Shown here: piece by piece, positions 51,072-60,615 of the stretch
Position numbering within the stretch: position 1 is the stretch's first letter
How the letters are laid out: every line of letters starts with the position of its first letter
Assembly (NCBI GenBank): GCA_963744575.1
Contig: CAVUUF010000004.1
Coordinates: forward strand, 52,972 to 116,971
Source: an uncultured Actinomycetota bacterium
GTDB taxonomy: Bacteria; Actinomycetota; Actinomycetes; Streptosporangiales; Streptosporangiaceae
Length of the DNA: 64,000 nucleotides
Direction of reading: 5' to 3'
Program-made: the position numbers and the translations under genes
Notes under the pieces: generated by a model
Told to the model about the DNA's origin: nothing
Databases searched by the model: none
The model's input: only the letters and a program-made list of their open reading frames with translations

Positions 51072-52442
51072 ATGGCCATGCGCTTCCCCGCGGCGGTGGA
51101 CACTATCGTCGTCGGCGCCGGCCCGGCGGGTGCGGTGGTGGCCGGCCGTCTCGCGGCGAGTAGCTCCGGGCGCACGCTGCTACTAGAGGCCGGGCCGGAC
51201 TACGGGCCGCCGGCAGCGGCCGCTGGCTGCGCGACCTCCTCGACGCGACCGGCGTCGCGCAATGGTCCCACGACTGGGGCTATACGGGCGAGTCCGGCGG
51301 CCGGGTGATCCACTTCAACCGGGCGCGTGTGGTCGGCGGCTGCTCCGCGCACAATGCCGGCGCCGAACGGGTCCTTGTCCGTGCCGGCCGCGCTGCTGGC
51401 GTGGCCATCCACGATGGCCGGCGGCTGACGGAAATCGGCGCGTCGCGGGTCGTGCTGTCGGCCGGCGCCTACGGGAGTCCCGCGATCTTGCTGCGGTCCG
51501 GTATCGGAGCCGCCGGCGAGCTGGCCGCCGTCGGGGTGATGCCCGTGCTGGACCTGCCCGGCGTCGGGCGTAACCTGCACGACCAGCCGTGCCTGGAGGT
51601 CTGGTATGAGGGAGCGGCGAGCTGATCGAGGCGATGGAGCGCCACCACGCGGAAACAGGCTGGCAGCCGTATGAGCAGGTGATCGCGAAGTTCCCGTCGA
51701 CCGGATGCCGGCCGGGGTTCGACCTGCACATCTACCCGGTCGGCGGCTATAGCAAGGACGCCTCGACCTGGTCCTGGTTCCTGGGGGCTGCGTGCCTTAC
51801 GCCGTCTCGCGCGGGAGCGTGCGCCTGTCCGGGCCCGGTCTGGACGACAAGCTCGTGATCGATCACCGCTATCTCAGCGACCCCCGAGGATACGACCGCG
51901 CCCGGCTCGCCGAGGGCGTCGAGCGCGCCCGCGAGGTGGCGGCCGCGCCAGAGCTGCGACGGCTGCTGGGCCAGGAGACGCGCCCGGGCCCGCAAGTTTC
52001 GGGGAGACGAGCGATCGAGCGCTTCATCGATGCCGCCGCGGTGCACTATTACCACCCGGCCGGGAGCTGCAAGATGGGTCCGGCCAGCGACCCGGACTCG
52101 GTCGCTGACTCCGAGGGCCGGGTGCATGGGATCGACGGCCTCTATGTCGCAGACGCGTCGCTCATGCCGGCCGTCACCTCCGGCAACACCAACATGCCGA
52201 CCACGGTCATCGGCGAGCGGATCGCCCGGTCGCTGCTCGGTCTGCCGCGGCGTCCCCCGGTCCTGGTGTGCGTCGGCCTGGCCATCGGCTGGCGGGTGCA
52301 CACCGGCGCCGCGGACGTGATCGCCGCGTTCGCGCTGGTCCTGCTGTTCGGATACGCATTCACCTGGGCGGGCATCTGGCTGGGCATGACGCTGCGCAGC
52401 CCGGAAGCGGTACACCTCTACCGCCGCAAGGCCCTCGGCTGA
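51072..52442 (+). pseudogene. Decayed GMC-family oxidoreductase (three frame changes plus a large internal deletion) fused to a fragment resembling an ABC-2 permease
   Basis: DTIVVGAGPAGAVVAGRLA..LLLEAGPDYGP is in frame 0, WSHDWGY..RARVVGGCSAHNA...SAGAYGSPAILLRSGIG..DLPGVGRNLHDQ in frame 2, FDLHIYPVGG in frame 1, and SRGSVRL...HYYHPAGSCKMG...VADASLMP in frame 0. The tail VGLAIGWR...LLFGYAFTWAGIWLGMTLRSPEAV is permease-like. Confidence 0.75.
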
Positions 52443-52494
52443 GACCACGGCGGCCCTGGACCCGCGACGGCATTATGCGTTATACATCCGACTT

Positions 52495-53277
52495 GTGGGA
52501 GAACAATCGCCTGAGTTCGCCGGGCTGGCGGCGCTGGTCACCGGGGGTGCCTCCGGGATCGGCCAGGCCACGGCCCGGCTGCTGGCCGCGCGCGGCGCCC
52601 GCGTCGCGGTGCTGGACCGGGTCCGGGCCGACGAGGAAAGCGCCGGCCTGCACCCGCTCGTCGCCGACGTGGCCGACGACGCCGCGGTCCGCGCCGCGGT
52701 CGCCGAGGCCAGCCGGACGCTCGGCCGCCTCGACATCCTGGTCAACAACGCCGGCATCGGCGCGGCCGGGACGGTCGAGGACAACGGCGACGAGGAGTGG
52801 CACCGGGTGCTCGACGTGAACGTGCTCGGCATCATGCGCACCACCCGGGCGGCGCTGCCGTTGCTGCGCCAGGCGGCGCGGGACCGCGGCCAGGCCGCGA
52901 TCGTCAACACCTGCTCGGTGGCGGGCATCGCGGGCCTGCCGCAGCGGGCGCTGTACAGCGCGAGCAAGGGCGCCGTCTACGCGCTCACCCTGGCCATGGC
53001 GGCCGACCACGTGGCCGAGGGCATCCGGGTGAACTGCGTGACCCCGGGCACGGCCGACACCCCGTGGGTGAGCAGGCTGCTCGACGCCGCGCCCGACCCG
53101 GCCGCCGAACGCGCCGCGCTCAACGCCCGCCAGCCGATGGGCCGGCTGGTCAGCGCGGACGAGGTCGCCGCGGCCATCGCCTACCTGGCCAGCCCGCTGG
53201 CCGGGGCCACCACCGGCACCGCCCTGGCCGTGGACGGCGGCATGCAGGGCCTGCGGGTCAGGCCGAGACCGGCCTGA
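52495..53277 (+). CDS. SDR family oxidoreductase (FabG-like)
   Basis: LVTGGASGIGQATARLLAARGARVAVLDR, NNAGI and YSASKGAVYALT. Confidence 0.85.
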   Translation: MGEQSPEFAGLAALVTGGASGIGQATARLLAARGARVAVLDRVRADEESAGLHPLVADVADDAAVRAAVAEASRTLGRLDILVNNAGIGAAGTVEDNGDEEWHRVLDVNVLGIMRTTRAALPLLRQAARDRGQAAIVNTCSVAGIAGLPQRALYSASKGAVYALTLAMAADHVAEGIRVNCVTPGTADTPWVSRLLDAAPDPAAERAALNARQPMGRLVSADEVAAAIAYLASPLAGATTGTALAVDGGMQGLRVRPRPA

Positions 53278-53322
53278 CGGGGCCTCCGGTGGGTCAGGCC
53301 GGGGGCGGCTGGCTCTTCGCCG

Positions 53323-53688
53323 TCATGGCATGTCCCGGGTGCGCTCGATGGTGACGGCGGCGGTGTAGGGGGCCGGGCCGCCGGTGATGGGCTTGCGCAG
53401 CTCGAGGCAGAGCCAGGAGACCGGGAATCCGGCCAGCAGGCGCCCGGCGACGCGCTCGGCGGCGGTTTCGATCAGGCGGAACCTGCCCTCGCGCAGCACG
53501 GCCGCGATCGTTTCCGCCACGGCCGAGTAGTCGACCGCGTCGGACAGGTCGTCGCTGGCCGCGGCTCTGCCTGCGTCGGCGGTCATGTCGACGTTGACGA
53601 TCAGCGTCTGCTCGATCTCGCGCTCCCAGTCGTGCACGCCGATGACCGCGGCGACGCTGAGGTCCCGGACGGACACGTAGTCGGTCAC
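53323..53688 (-). CDS. folB: Dihydroneopterin aldolase (stand-alone paralogue)
   Basis: A GTG start gives VTDYVSVRDLSVAAVIGVHDWEREIEQTLIVNVDM...SDDLSDAVDYSAVAETI...RLIETAAERVA. It has the FolB pattern and a length of about 121 aa. Confidence 0.7.
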   Translation of the reverse strand: MTDYVSVRDLSVAAVIGVHDWEREIEQTLIVNVDMTADAGRAAASDDLSDAVDYSAVAETIAAVLREGRFRLIETAAERVAGRLLAGFPVSWLCLELRKPITGGPAPYTAAVTIERTRDMP

Positions 53689-53909
53689 CGGACCGAGGCC
53701 GGCCACGGCTCGACGCCGGTGGCCAGGTCCGCCTCGCGCGGCAGCCGGCTGCCCGCGCGCAGCGCGCCGGAGGTGATCACGGCCTTGGTCTTCTCGATGG
53801 CCCCGTCGGTAACCGGCACGCTGTTCCCCGCAGAGATCCGATGTCTGCCCCGAGTATGACATATCGCCGATCCGGGCTGACTGACGGCGGCGGCTGGTAC
53901 CAATGAGGC

Positions 53910-56051
53910 ATGGCCGACGACGAGACGGGCCCGCGGGACGGGCCGGCGCTGCGGGACGAGGCGGAGAAGTGCCTGCGGGCGCTGGCGGGCGACCACGCGC
54001 GGCTGCGGGCCGGCCAATGGGCCGCGATCAGCGCCCTGGTCGCGGACCGGCGCCGGGCGCTGGTGGTGCAGCGGACCGGCTGGGGCAAGTCCGCGGTCTA
54101 CTTTATCGCCACCGCGCTGCTGCGCGCCCGCGGCGGCGGGCCGACCGTGATCGTGTCCCCGCTGCTCGCGCTGATGCGCAACCAGGTCGAGGCGGCCGAG
54201 CGGGCCGGCATCCGGGCGCGGACCATCAACTCGGCCAACACCACGGAGTGGGAGGCGCTGTACGCCGAGGTGGCCGCGGGCCAGGCGGACGTGCTGCTGG
54301 TCAGCCCGGAGCGGCTGAACAACCCGTCGTTCCGCGACCAGGTGCTGCCCGGGCTGAGCCGGTCGGCCGGGCTGGTGGTGATCGACGAGGCGCACTGCAT
54401 CTCGGACTGGGGGCACGACTTCCGGCCCGACTACCGGCGGCTCCGCACGCTGCTCGGCGACCTGCCCGCCGGGATCCCGGTGCTGGCCACCACCGCGACC
54501 GCGAACGCGCGGGTGACCCGCGACGTGGCCGAGCAGCTCGGCACCGGCGGCCGGGGTGAGACGCTGGTGCTCCGCGGCTCCCTGGACCGCGAGTCGCTGC
54601 GGCTGGCGGTGGTGACGCTGCCCACCGCGCACCAGCGGCTCGGCTGGCTGGCGACCCGGCTCGGCGCGCTGCCCGGGTCCGGCATCGTCTACGCGCTGAC
54701 GGTGGCGGCGGCCCAGGAGACCGCGGCCTTCCTGCGCGAGCAGGGCCTGACGGTGGCGTCCTACACCGGCCGGGACGAGCCGGAGGAGCGGGCGCGGGCG
54801 GAGGACGACCTGCTCGCTAACCGGGTCAAGGCGCTGGTCGCCACCAGCGCGCTCGGCATGGGCTTCGACAAGCCGGACCTCGGCTTTGTGGTGCACCTGG
54901 GCGCGCCGCAGTCGCCGGTCGCCTACTACCAGCAGATCGGCCGGGCCGGACGCGGCGTAAAGCGGGCCGAGGTGATCCTGCTGCCCGGCCGCGAGGACCG
55001 GGACATCTGGGCCTACTTCGCCTCGCTCGCCTTCCCGTCCGAGCCGCAGGTCCGCGCCACCCTCGCGGCCCTGGCCGAGGCGGGCAGGCCGCTGTCGGCC
55101 GGCCTGCTCGAGACCCGCGTCGACCTGTCCCGCGGCCGCCTGGAATCCATGCTCAAGGTGCTCGACGTGGATGGCGCCGTGCGCCGCGTCGGCGGCGGCT
55201 GGACCGCGACCGGCCAGCCGTGGCACTACGACGCCGAGCGCTACCAGCGGGTCGCCGCCGAGCGGGTCCGCGAGCAGCAGGCCATGCTGGCCTACCAGGC
55301 CACCGACGGGTGCCGGATGGAGTACCTGCGCCGGCAGCTCGACGATCCGGCCGCCGCGCCGTGCGGGCGCTGCGACAGCTGCACCGGGCAGCAGGTCCCG
55401 GGCGAGGTTCCGGAAACGAGCGTCGTCGCGGCGCGCGAGCGGCTGCTCCGCCCGGGCGTCACGGTGGAGCCGCGGCGGATGTGGCCGACCGGGATGGGCG
55501 CCCTCGGCCTGGACGTGTCCGGCAAGATCCCGGCCGCCCTGACCGCCGAGCCGGGCCGGGCCCTGGGCCGGCTCACCGACATCGGCTGGGGCGGGATGCT
55601 CCGGGAGCTGCTGGCCGAGGACGCGCCCGACGAGCCGGTGACCGAGCCGGTGCTGGCCGCCGCGATCAAGGTGCTGGCCGCCTGGGACTGGGCGCAGCGC
55701 CCGGCCGGGGTGCTGACCCTGCCGTCACGCACCCGGCCCCGGCTGATCACCAGCCTCGGCCGGCGGCTCGCCGACGTCGGCCGGCTGCCCTACCTGGGCG
55801 CGCTCGGTTACACCCGGGACGACGGTCCCGGCCCGCGCCGGCCTAACAGCGCGCAGCGGCTGGGCTCGCTGTGGCACGCGCTCGGGGTGCCCGCTGACGT
55901 CCGCGCCGCCGTCGGCGGCCCGGCCGGCCCGGTGCTCGTGGTCGACGATCGCATCGAGACCGGGTGGACGATGACGGTCGCGGCCCGGCTGCTCCGCGAG
56001 GCGGGCGCCGGCGCCGTGCTGCCGCTGGCGCTGGCCGTGACCGCGGCCTAG
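53910..56051 (+). CDS. recQ: RecQ-family ATP-dependent DNA helicase with C-terminal PRTase-like (ComF-like) domain
   Basis: QRTGWGKSAVYF, VIDEAHCISDWGHDFRPDYRRL, ATTATAN, GMGFDKPD and QQIGRAGR. The C-terminus has NSAQRL...PVLVVDDRIETGWTMTVAARLLREAGA, a PRPP-loop-like motif. Confidence 0.9.
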   Translation: MADDETGPRDGPALRDEAEKCLRALAGDHARLRAGQWAAISALVADRRRALVVQRTGWGKSAVYFIATALLRARGGGPTVIVSPLLALMRNQVEAAERAGIRARTINSANTTEWEALYAEVAAGQADVLLVSPERLNNPSFRDQVLPGLSRSAGLVVIDEAHCISDWGHDFRPDYRRLRTLLGDLPAGIPVLATTATANARVTRDVAEQLGTGGRGETLVLRGSLDRESLRLAVVTLPTAHQRLGWLATRLGALPGSGIVYALTVAAAQETAAFLREQGLTVASYTGRDEPEERARAEDDLLANRVKALVATSALGMGFDKPDLGFVVHLGAPQSPVAYYQQIGRAGRGVKRAEVILLPGREDRDIWAYFASLAFPSEPQVRATLAALAEAGRPLSAGLLETRVDLSRGRLESMLKVLDVDGAVRRVGGGWTATGQPWHYDAERYQRVAAERVREQQAMLAYQATDGCRMEYLRRQLDDPAAAPCGRCDSCTGQQVPGEVPETSVVAARERLLRPGVTVEPRRMWPTGMGALGLDVSGKIPAALTAEPGRALGRLTDIGWGGMLRELLAEDAPDEPVTEPVLAAAIKVLAAWDWAQRPAGVLTLPSRTRPRLITSLGRRLADVGRLPYLGALGYTRDDGPGPRRPNSAQRLGSLWHALGVPADVRAAVGGPAGPVLVVDDRIETGWTMTVAARLLREAGAGAVLPLALAVTAA

Positions 56052-56383
56052 GCGACGTGCGGTTCCGAGCCGTCCTCGCTGATCATGGGACGTCCCGCGA
56101 CGGCCCAGCCGGTCATGCCGTCGGCGACGTTGATGGTGCTCAGGCCGCCGACGGCCAGTGCCTGGGCCGCGTAGGCGGACCGGGTGCCGCTGCGGCAGAT
56201 CACGTACAGCTCGCGGTCGCGGGGCAGCTCGCCGGCGCGCGCGCCGAGCTCGCGGAGCCGGACGTGCACCGCGCCGGGGGCGTGGCCCGCGGTCCACTCG
56301 TCGTCTTCGCGCACGTCGAGCAGGAACGCCCCGGCCGGCAGGTCCGCCGACATCACGTCGGGCACGGCGACGGGCTGGTTCAT
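56048..56383 (-). CDS. Rhodanese-like domain protein
   Basis: FLLDVREDDEWTAGHAPGAVHV and LYVICRSGTRSAYAAQAL with the active-site Cys loop. 111 aa. Confidence 0.85.
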   Translation of the reverse strand: MNQPVAVPDVMSADLPAGAFLLDVREDDEWTAGHAPGAVHVRLRELGARAGELPRDRELYVICRSGTRSAYAAQALAVGGLSTINVADGMTGWAVAGRPMISEDGSEPHVA

Positions 56384-56622
56384 GTCGGTCTCCTCCTCCA
56401 GGCGCGGCCTCGGCTCGCTGGCCGCGTGGCTACTGTACCGGTATTGAGATGCTTCTGTTGATTACTCAAGTTAACGGCGTAAACTGATTACTTCGCTAAC
56501 CATGCGTACGATGTTTACTCTTGTCAAGGGAGATAACGTTGTGGCAACCGTCGGCCGGGCGGCTCGTGCCGCTCTCGCCAGCGGGCGGCTCGCGCGGGTA
56601 TGACTGGGTCCGGGAGGCAGCG

Positions 56623-57408
56623 GTGACACATTCGGTGCAGGCCGGGGCGGAGCCGGGCGCGGCTCCGCCGACGTCCCGGCGTGACCGGCTGCGCGCGGCG
56701 ACCATCGAGGAGATCGTCCAGGCCGCGCGGCAGCTCCTGGTCAGCGACGGCCCCGAGGCGGTGTCGCTGCGGGCCATCGGGCGTGAGATCGGCATGACGG
56801 CACCGGGGCTCTACCGGTACTTCGGCAGCCACGAGGAACTGATCAGGTACCTCTGCGCGGACATCTTCACCGAGCTGGGCCACGACATCCACCAGGCCAT
56901 CGAGGCCGCCGGGCCGCCCGCCGGCCAGGCGCACGACCCCCGGGTGAAGATGACCGTCAAGATGGTCGCCGCCTGCCGGGAGTTCCGCCGCTGGGCGCTG
57001 AACCACCAGGCCGAGTTCGCCCTGCTGTTCGGCGTACCGCTGCCCGGCCTCGACGACGGGCGGTACGACGTCGCCGACGAGTGCGCGCTGGCCTTCGCCG
57101 GCACCTTCTTCGCGCTGTTCCTCGAGCTATGGCGTTCGGTCCCGTTCGGAGTGCCGGCCGACGAGCAGATCGACCCGGGCCTGCGCGACCAGCTGGTCCG
57201 CTACCGGGACGCGCTGGGCACCGACATCCCGGCCGGCGCGGTGCTGACGTTCCTGCGCTGCTGGACGGTGCTGTACGGGGCGGTGGCGATGGAGGTGTTC
57301 GGCCACATGAGCTTCGCCCTGGCCGACCCGGCGCCCATGTTCGAGCTCACCCTCGGCGAGCTGGCCGCGCTGGCCGGCCTGCGCTGGCCGCTGCCCGAAG
57401 GCGGCTGA
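56623..57408 (+). CDS. TetR/AcrR family transcriptional regulator
   Basis: RDRLRAATIEEIVQAARQLLVSDGPEAVSLRAIGREIGMTAPGLYRYFGSHEELI is the HTH. GTG 56623 follows GGGAGG. The ORF maximum start is 56521. Confidence 0.85.
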   Translation: MTHSVQAGAEPGAAPPTSRRDRLRAATIEEIVQAARQLLVSDGPEAVSLRAIGREIGMTAPGLYRYFGSHEELIRYLCADIFTELGHDIHQAIEAAGPPAGQAHDPRVKMTVKMVAACREFRRWALNHQAEFALLFGVPLPGLDDGRYDVADECALAFAGTFFALFLELWRSVPFGVPADEQIDPGLRDQLVRYRDALGTDIPAGAVLTFLRCWTVLYGAVAMEVFGHMSFALADPAPMFELTLGELAALAGLRWPLPEGG

Positions 57409-57420
57409 CCGGGCAGGCCG

Positions 57421-57642
57421 CTACCCGGGCAGGCGCCGGAGCGCGACCAGCGCGGCGGCGGTGAAGGCGCCCGCGGCCAGCAGCTCCACGTACGCCCGGC
57501 GTGACGCCTCACGCTGGATGCGGCTGTGGAACCGGTTGACGGCGCGGGGAAACGGCGACCAGCCGAACCACAAGTCGGCGGGCTTGTCCAGGTCGGGCAG
57601 CGCCGCCCCGGCCATGCCCGCCTTTCGCGCCCGGGTATCCAC
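57421..57642 (-). CDS. Hypothetical 73-aa protein (possibly a fragment)
   Basis: This is only an ORF with one C-terminal hydrophobic segment. LPDLDKP...FH..IQ.E faintly resembles membrane metal-hydrolase (YdjM-like) motifs. Support is weak. Confidence 0.25.
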   Translation of the reverse strand: MDTRARKAGMAGAALPDLDKPADLWFGWSPFPRAVNRFHSRIQREASRRAYVELLAAGAFTAAALVALRRLPG

Positions 57643-57764
57643 CGTACCGGCGGGACAGCATGGGCGCGGCCGGGCCGGACGGCGGGAAAACCGCGAGGCG
57701 ACGGCCCATTACTGCTGGTAGCGTCTTTCGTAGGGGCTGGCAAGCAACGAAATCCGAACGAGGA

Positions 57765-57866
57765 GCGTTATGCAAGACCGGCTGCGAGTGCAGGCCTTTT
57801 GGGGCCTGCGCGAGCGGCCGGTGCAGGTCGCACGGACAGCAACCACAGCGGGTTCTTGCATAACGC
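57765..57866 (+). other. Structured about 100-nt element: 13/15-bp long-range inverted repeat enclosing an internal hairpin, in the serS leader
   Basis: GCGTTATGCAAGA(-)CC at 57765-57779 pairs with GGTTCTTGCATAACGC at 57851-57866. An inner hairpin GCAGGCC-tttt-GGGGCCTGC lies at about 57790-57809. The element ends 38 nt before the serS ATG. Confidence 0.5.
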
Positions 57867-57904
57867 GAACTTTCGCATAAGACACTGAGGACTGACGCGT
57901 ACCC

Positions 57905-59168
57905 ATGCTGGACAAGCGATTCATCAGGGACCACCCGGACGTGGTCGAGGCGGCCGTCCGGGACAAGGGCATCGACCTGGACGTGGACGAACTGCTCGAC
58001 GTCGATCAGCGAAGCCGCAAGCTCCAGCACGAAGTGGACCAGGCGCAGGCGCGCAGGAAGCGCTCGGCCAAGGAGTTCGCCCGGGCCGACGACGCCCGCC
58101 GGGCCGAGCTGCGGGCCGAGCACGCCGAACTGGAGACCCAGCTCAGGTCGCTCCGCGAGCAGCTCGCCGAGACGACGGAGAAGCTGCAGGAGCTGCTGCT
58201 GCTGACCCCCACGATCCCGTGGGCGGGCGCTCCGGTCGGGCCCGACGACTCAGCGAACGTGGTGATCAGGAAGGCCGGGACGCCACCCGAGTTCGACTTC
58301 ACCCCCCTGGACCACGTTCGAGCTGCTGGAAAAGCGCGGCTGGGCCGACTTCACCCGGGCTCGCAAGGTGGCCGGGGAGCGAGCCTACGCGCTGACGGCC
58401 GACCTGGTGCTGCTCGAGCGCGCGGTGCACTCCTACGCCCTCGACCTGCTCAGGGAGAAGGACTTCACGCTGGTCAGCGTCCCGTCGCTGGTCCGGGAGG
58501 GACCGCTGGTCGGCACCGGCCAGTTCCCGGCGCACCGCGAGGAAACCTACGCGATCCCCGCCGACGACCTGTACCTGGCGGGCACCGCGGAGGTCGCCCT
58601 GGTCGGCTTCCACAGCGGCGAGATCCTCGACCACAGGCTCCTCCCGATCAGGTACGCCGGCATCTCGCCGTGCTTCCGCCGCGAGGCGGGCAGCGCCGGC
58701 CGCGACGTGCGCGGGCTGCTCCGGGTGCACCAGTTCGAGAAGGTCGAGCAGTTCGTCATCTGCGCGGCCGACCTAGCCGAGTCCGACCGCTGGCACGCCG
58801 AACTGCTCGGCACCGCCGAGCAGCTACTGCACGGTCTCGGCCTGGCCTACGAGGTGATGGAGGTCTCCACCGGCGACATGGGCGCGGGCAAGTACCGGAT
58901 GAACGACATCAACACCTGGATGCCGTCGCTGAACGCCTATCGGGAGACGCACAGCTGCTCGTCGCTGCTCGACTGGCAGGCCAGGCGGGCCAACGTGCGC
59001 TACCGCGACGCGGACGGCACGGCGCGGTTCGCCTACACGCTGAACAACACCGCGGTCGCCACGCCGCGCATCCTCGCCGCGCTGGTGGAGAACTTCCAGA
59101 CCAGCGACGCGAGGGTGCGCGTGCCCGCCGTGCTGCGCCGCTACCTCGGCGGCCGCGAGCTGCTCTGA
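57905..59168 (+). CDS. serS: Serine--tRNA ligase, interrupted by a +1 frameshift near 58317-58319
   Basis: The N-terminal coiled-coil arm (MLDKRFIRDHPDVV...PLDHV) is in one frame. ELLEKRGWADFTRARKVAGERAY...FRREAGS...HQFEKVEQ...TLNNTAVATPR is in the next frame (ORF 58368..59168). Confidence 0.9.
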
Positions 59169-59199
59169 GCCGCGCAGCTGCTCCCGCGGCGGCGGCGTC

Positions 59200-60615
59200 T
59201 TGCTCCGGCAGGCGGCGGCGCATATCCGGGCCAACAGGCGTACGCTGCCATGCTTGACTACTCCCCCGTCCTGAAGAGGACGGAGATTCCGGCCCTCACC
59301 GGCCGGGATTCCTGGTTCACCGCCGAGCGCACCCGGGAGGCCCCGGAATGTCTGACCTCAGCTCCGCAGGCATCGCCCGGGAAACCCCGGGCTACGGCAC
59401 GACCTGCCGCAAGGATGTTCTGCGCGGCGTTGACGTCCCGGTCATGCCGGGCGCCGCAGGACGGACACGTCCAGCGCCTCGTGGACAGGCTCAGCTCCGC
59501 GAGCAGGTGCCCGCACGCCGAGCAGGTCTTCGAGCTGGGATACCACCGGTCAATCACGACGAGCTCGCGGCCGTATCGCTGGCACTTGTAGGCCAGCTGG
59601 CGACGGAACTCGCCCCACCCACAACCGGCGATGGCGCGGGCCAGGTGCCGGTTGCGCACCATGCCGGAGACGTTGAGGTCTTCGATCACGAGCACGTCGT
59701 TGCCGCGGACCAGGCGGGTGCTGACATGGTGCAGGAAGTCGGACCGGGCGTTGCGGACCTTGCGGTGCGCGCGGGCCACCTTCGCCTTGGCCTTTTCCCG
59801 GTTGCCCGATCCTTTCTGGCAGCGGGCCATCCGCCGCTGGTAACGGGCCAGGTTGCGAGCCTTGCGGTCCAGGTGCCGCGGATTGGCGATCTTCTCCCCG
59901 TCGCTAGTCACTGCGAAATCCGTCACGCCCAGGTCGATGCCAATAGCGCGGCCAGTCCCCGGCAGCGGCTGCGGGGCATCGGTGTCGACGGTAATGGTCA
60001 CGTACCAGCGCCCGTCACTCTCCCGGCAGATGATCACCATCGCCGGATCCAGCGTGGTCACGTCCACCTCCGGCCAGGACCACACGAACCGGACAGGAGC
60101 CGCCATCTTGGCCAGCCGTAGCTCGCCGCCGCGCATGCAGAAGGCGCGGCGGGTGTAGTGCGCGGTCTGACGCGAGCAGCGGGTCTTGAACCTGGGGTAG
60201 CGGGCGCGGCGGGCGAAGAACGCGCCGAACGCCTGGTGCTGGTGCCGCAGCGCCTGCTGCAACGGCACGCTGGACACCTCGGTCAGGAACGCCAGGTCCG
60301 GGTCGCGCTTCATGGCGGTCAGCGCCCGGTCGGACTCCGCATACGACGTGCTCTTGCCCTGCAGGCGCCAGCGGGCCTGGCGGGCGGCCAGGGTGCGGTT
60401 CCACACCACCCGGACGCAGCCGAACGTGCGGTTCAGCACCTGCTGCTGCGCCGGGTCGGGGTAGGCTCGGCACCGGTATGCCGTTCTCACTTGTACATGA
60501 TCGCACGTGTGGTCGAAAGCTGCGGGGAGCCACGCCGTGCGAGCGGATATGTTTTCCTGCCCCCGTGCGCGGGGCGCCGGAATCCTCCCCGGCCTGAAGA
60601 CCGGGGCATCCTCCG
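59200..60615 (-). mobile_element. IS605-family element carrying only tnpB (no Y1 tnpA); ends approximate
   Basis: Same-strand subterminal hairpins with related loops occur at both ends: CCGTCC-TGAAGA-GGACGG (59266-59283) and CCCCGG-CCTGAAGA-CCGGGG (60587-60606). The element is confined between the serS stop (59168) and the next gene start (60624). Confidence 0.6.
59258..60490 (-). CDS. tnpB: IS200/IS605-family TnpB (RNA-guided RuvC-like endonuclease, OrfB)
   Basis: (V)RTAYRCRAYPDPAQQQVLNRTFGCVRVVWN, IGIDLGV, VIEDLNV, SSKTCSACGH...WTCPSCGARHDRDVNAAQNI. The RuvC D/E/D residues and the zinc ribbon are all present. GTG 60490 is chosen as start, and the upstream 158 codons of the ORF look non-coding. 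Confidence 0.9.
   Translation of the reverse strand: MRTAYRCRAYPDPAQQQVLNRTFGCVRVVWNRTLAARQARWRLQGKSTSYAESDRALTAMKRDPDLAFLTEVSSVPLQQALRHQHQAFGAFFARRARYPRFKTRCSRQTAHYTRRAFCMRGGELRLAKMAAPVRFVWSWPEVDVTTLDPAMVIICRESDGRWYVTITVDTDAPQPLPGTGRAIGIDLGVTDFAVTSDGEKIANPRHLDRKARNLARYQRRMARCQKGSGNREKAKAKVARAHRKVRNARSDFLHHVSTRLVRGNDVLVIEDLNVSGMVRNRHLARAIAGCGWGEFRRQLAYKCQRYGRELVVIDRWYPSSKTCSACGHLLAELSLSTRRWTCPSCGARHDRDVNAAQNILAAGRAVARGFPGDACGAEVRHSGASRVRSAVNQESRPVRAGISVLFRTGE

Noticed and set aside
57650-57904. A T-box leader upstream of serS.
   Set aside because: I found no T-box sequence (GGUGGNACCGCG-like) in the 3' part, no recognisable specifier loop or GA motif, and no terminator. The structure is reported as an unknown element instead.
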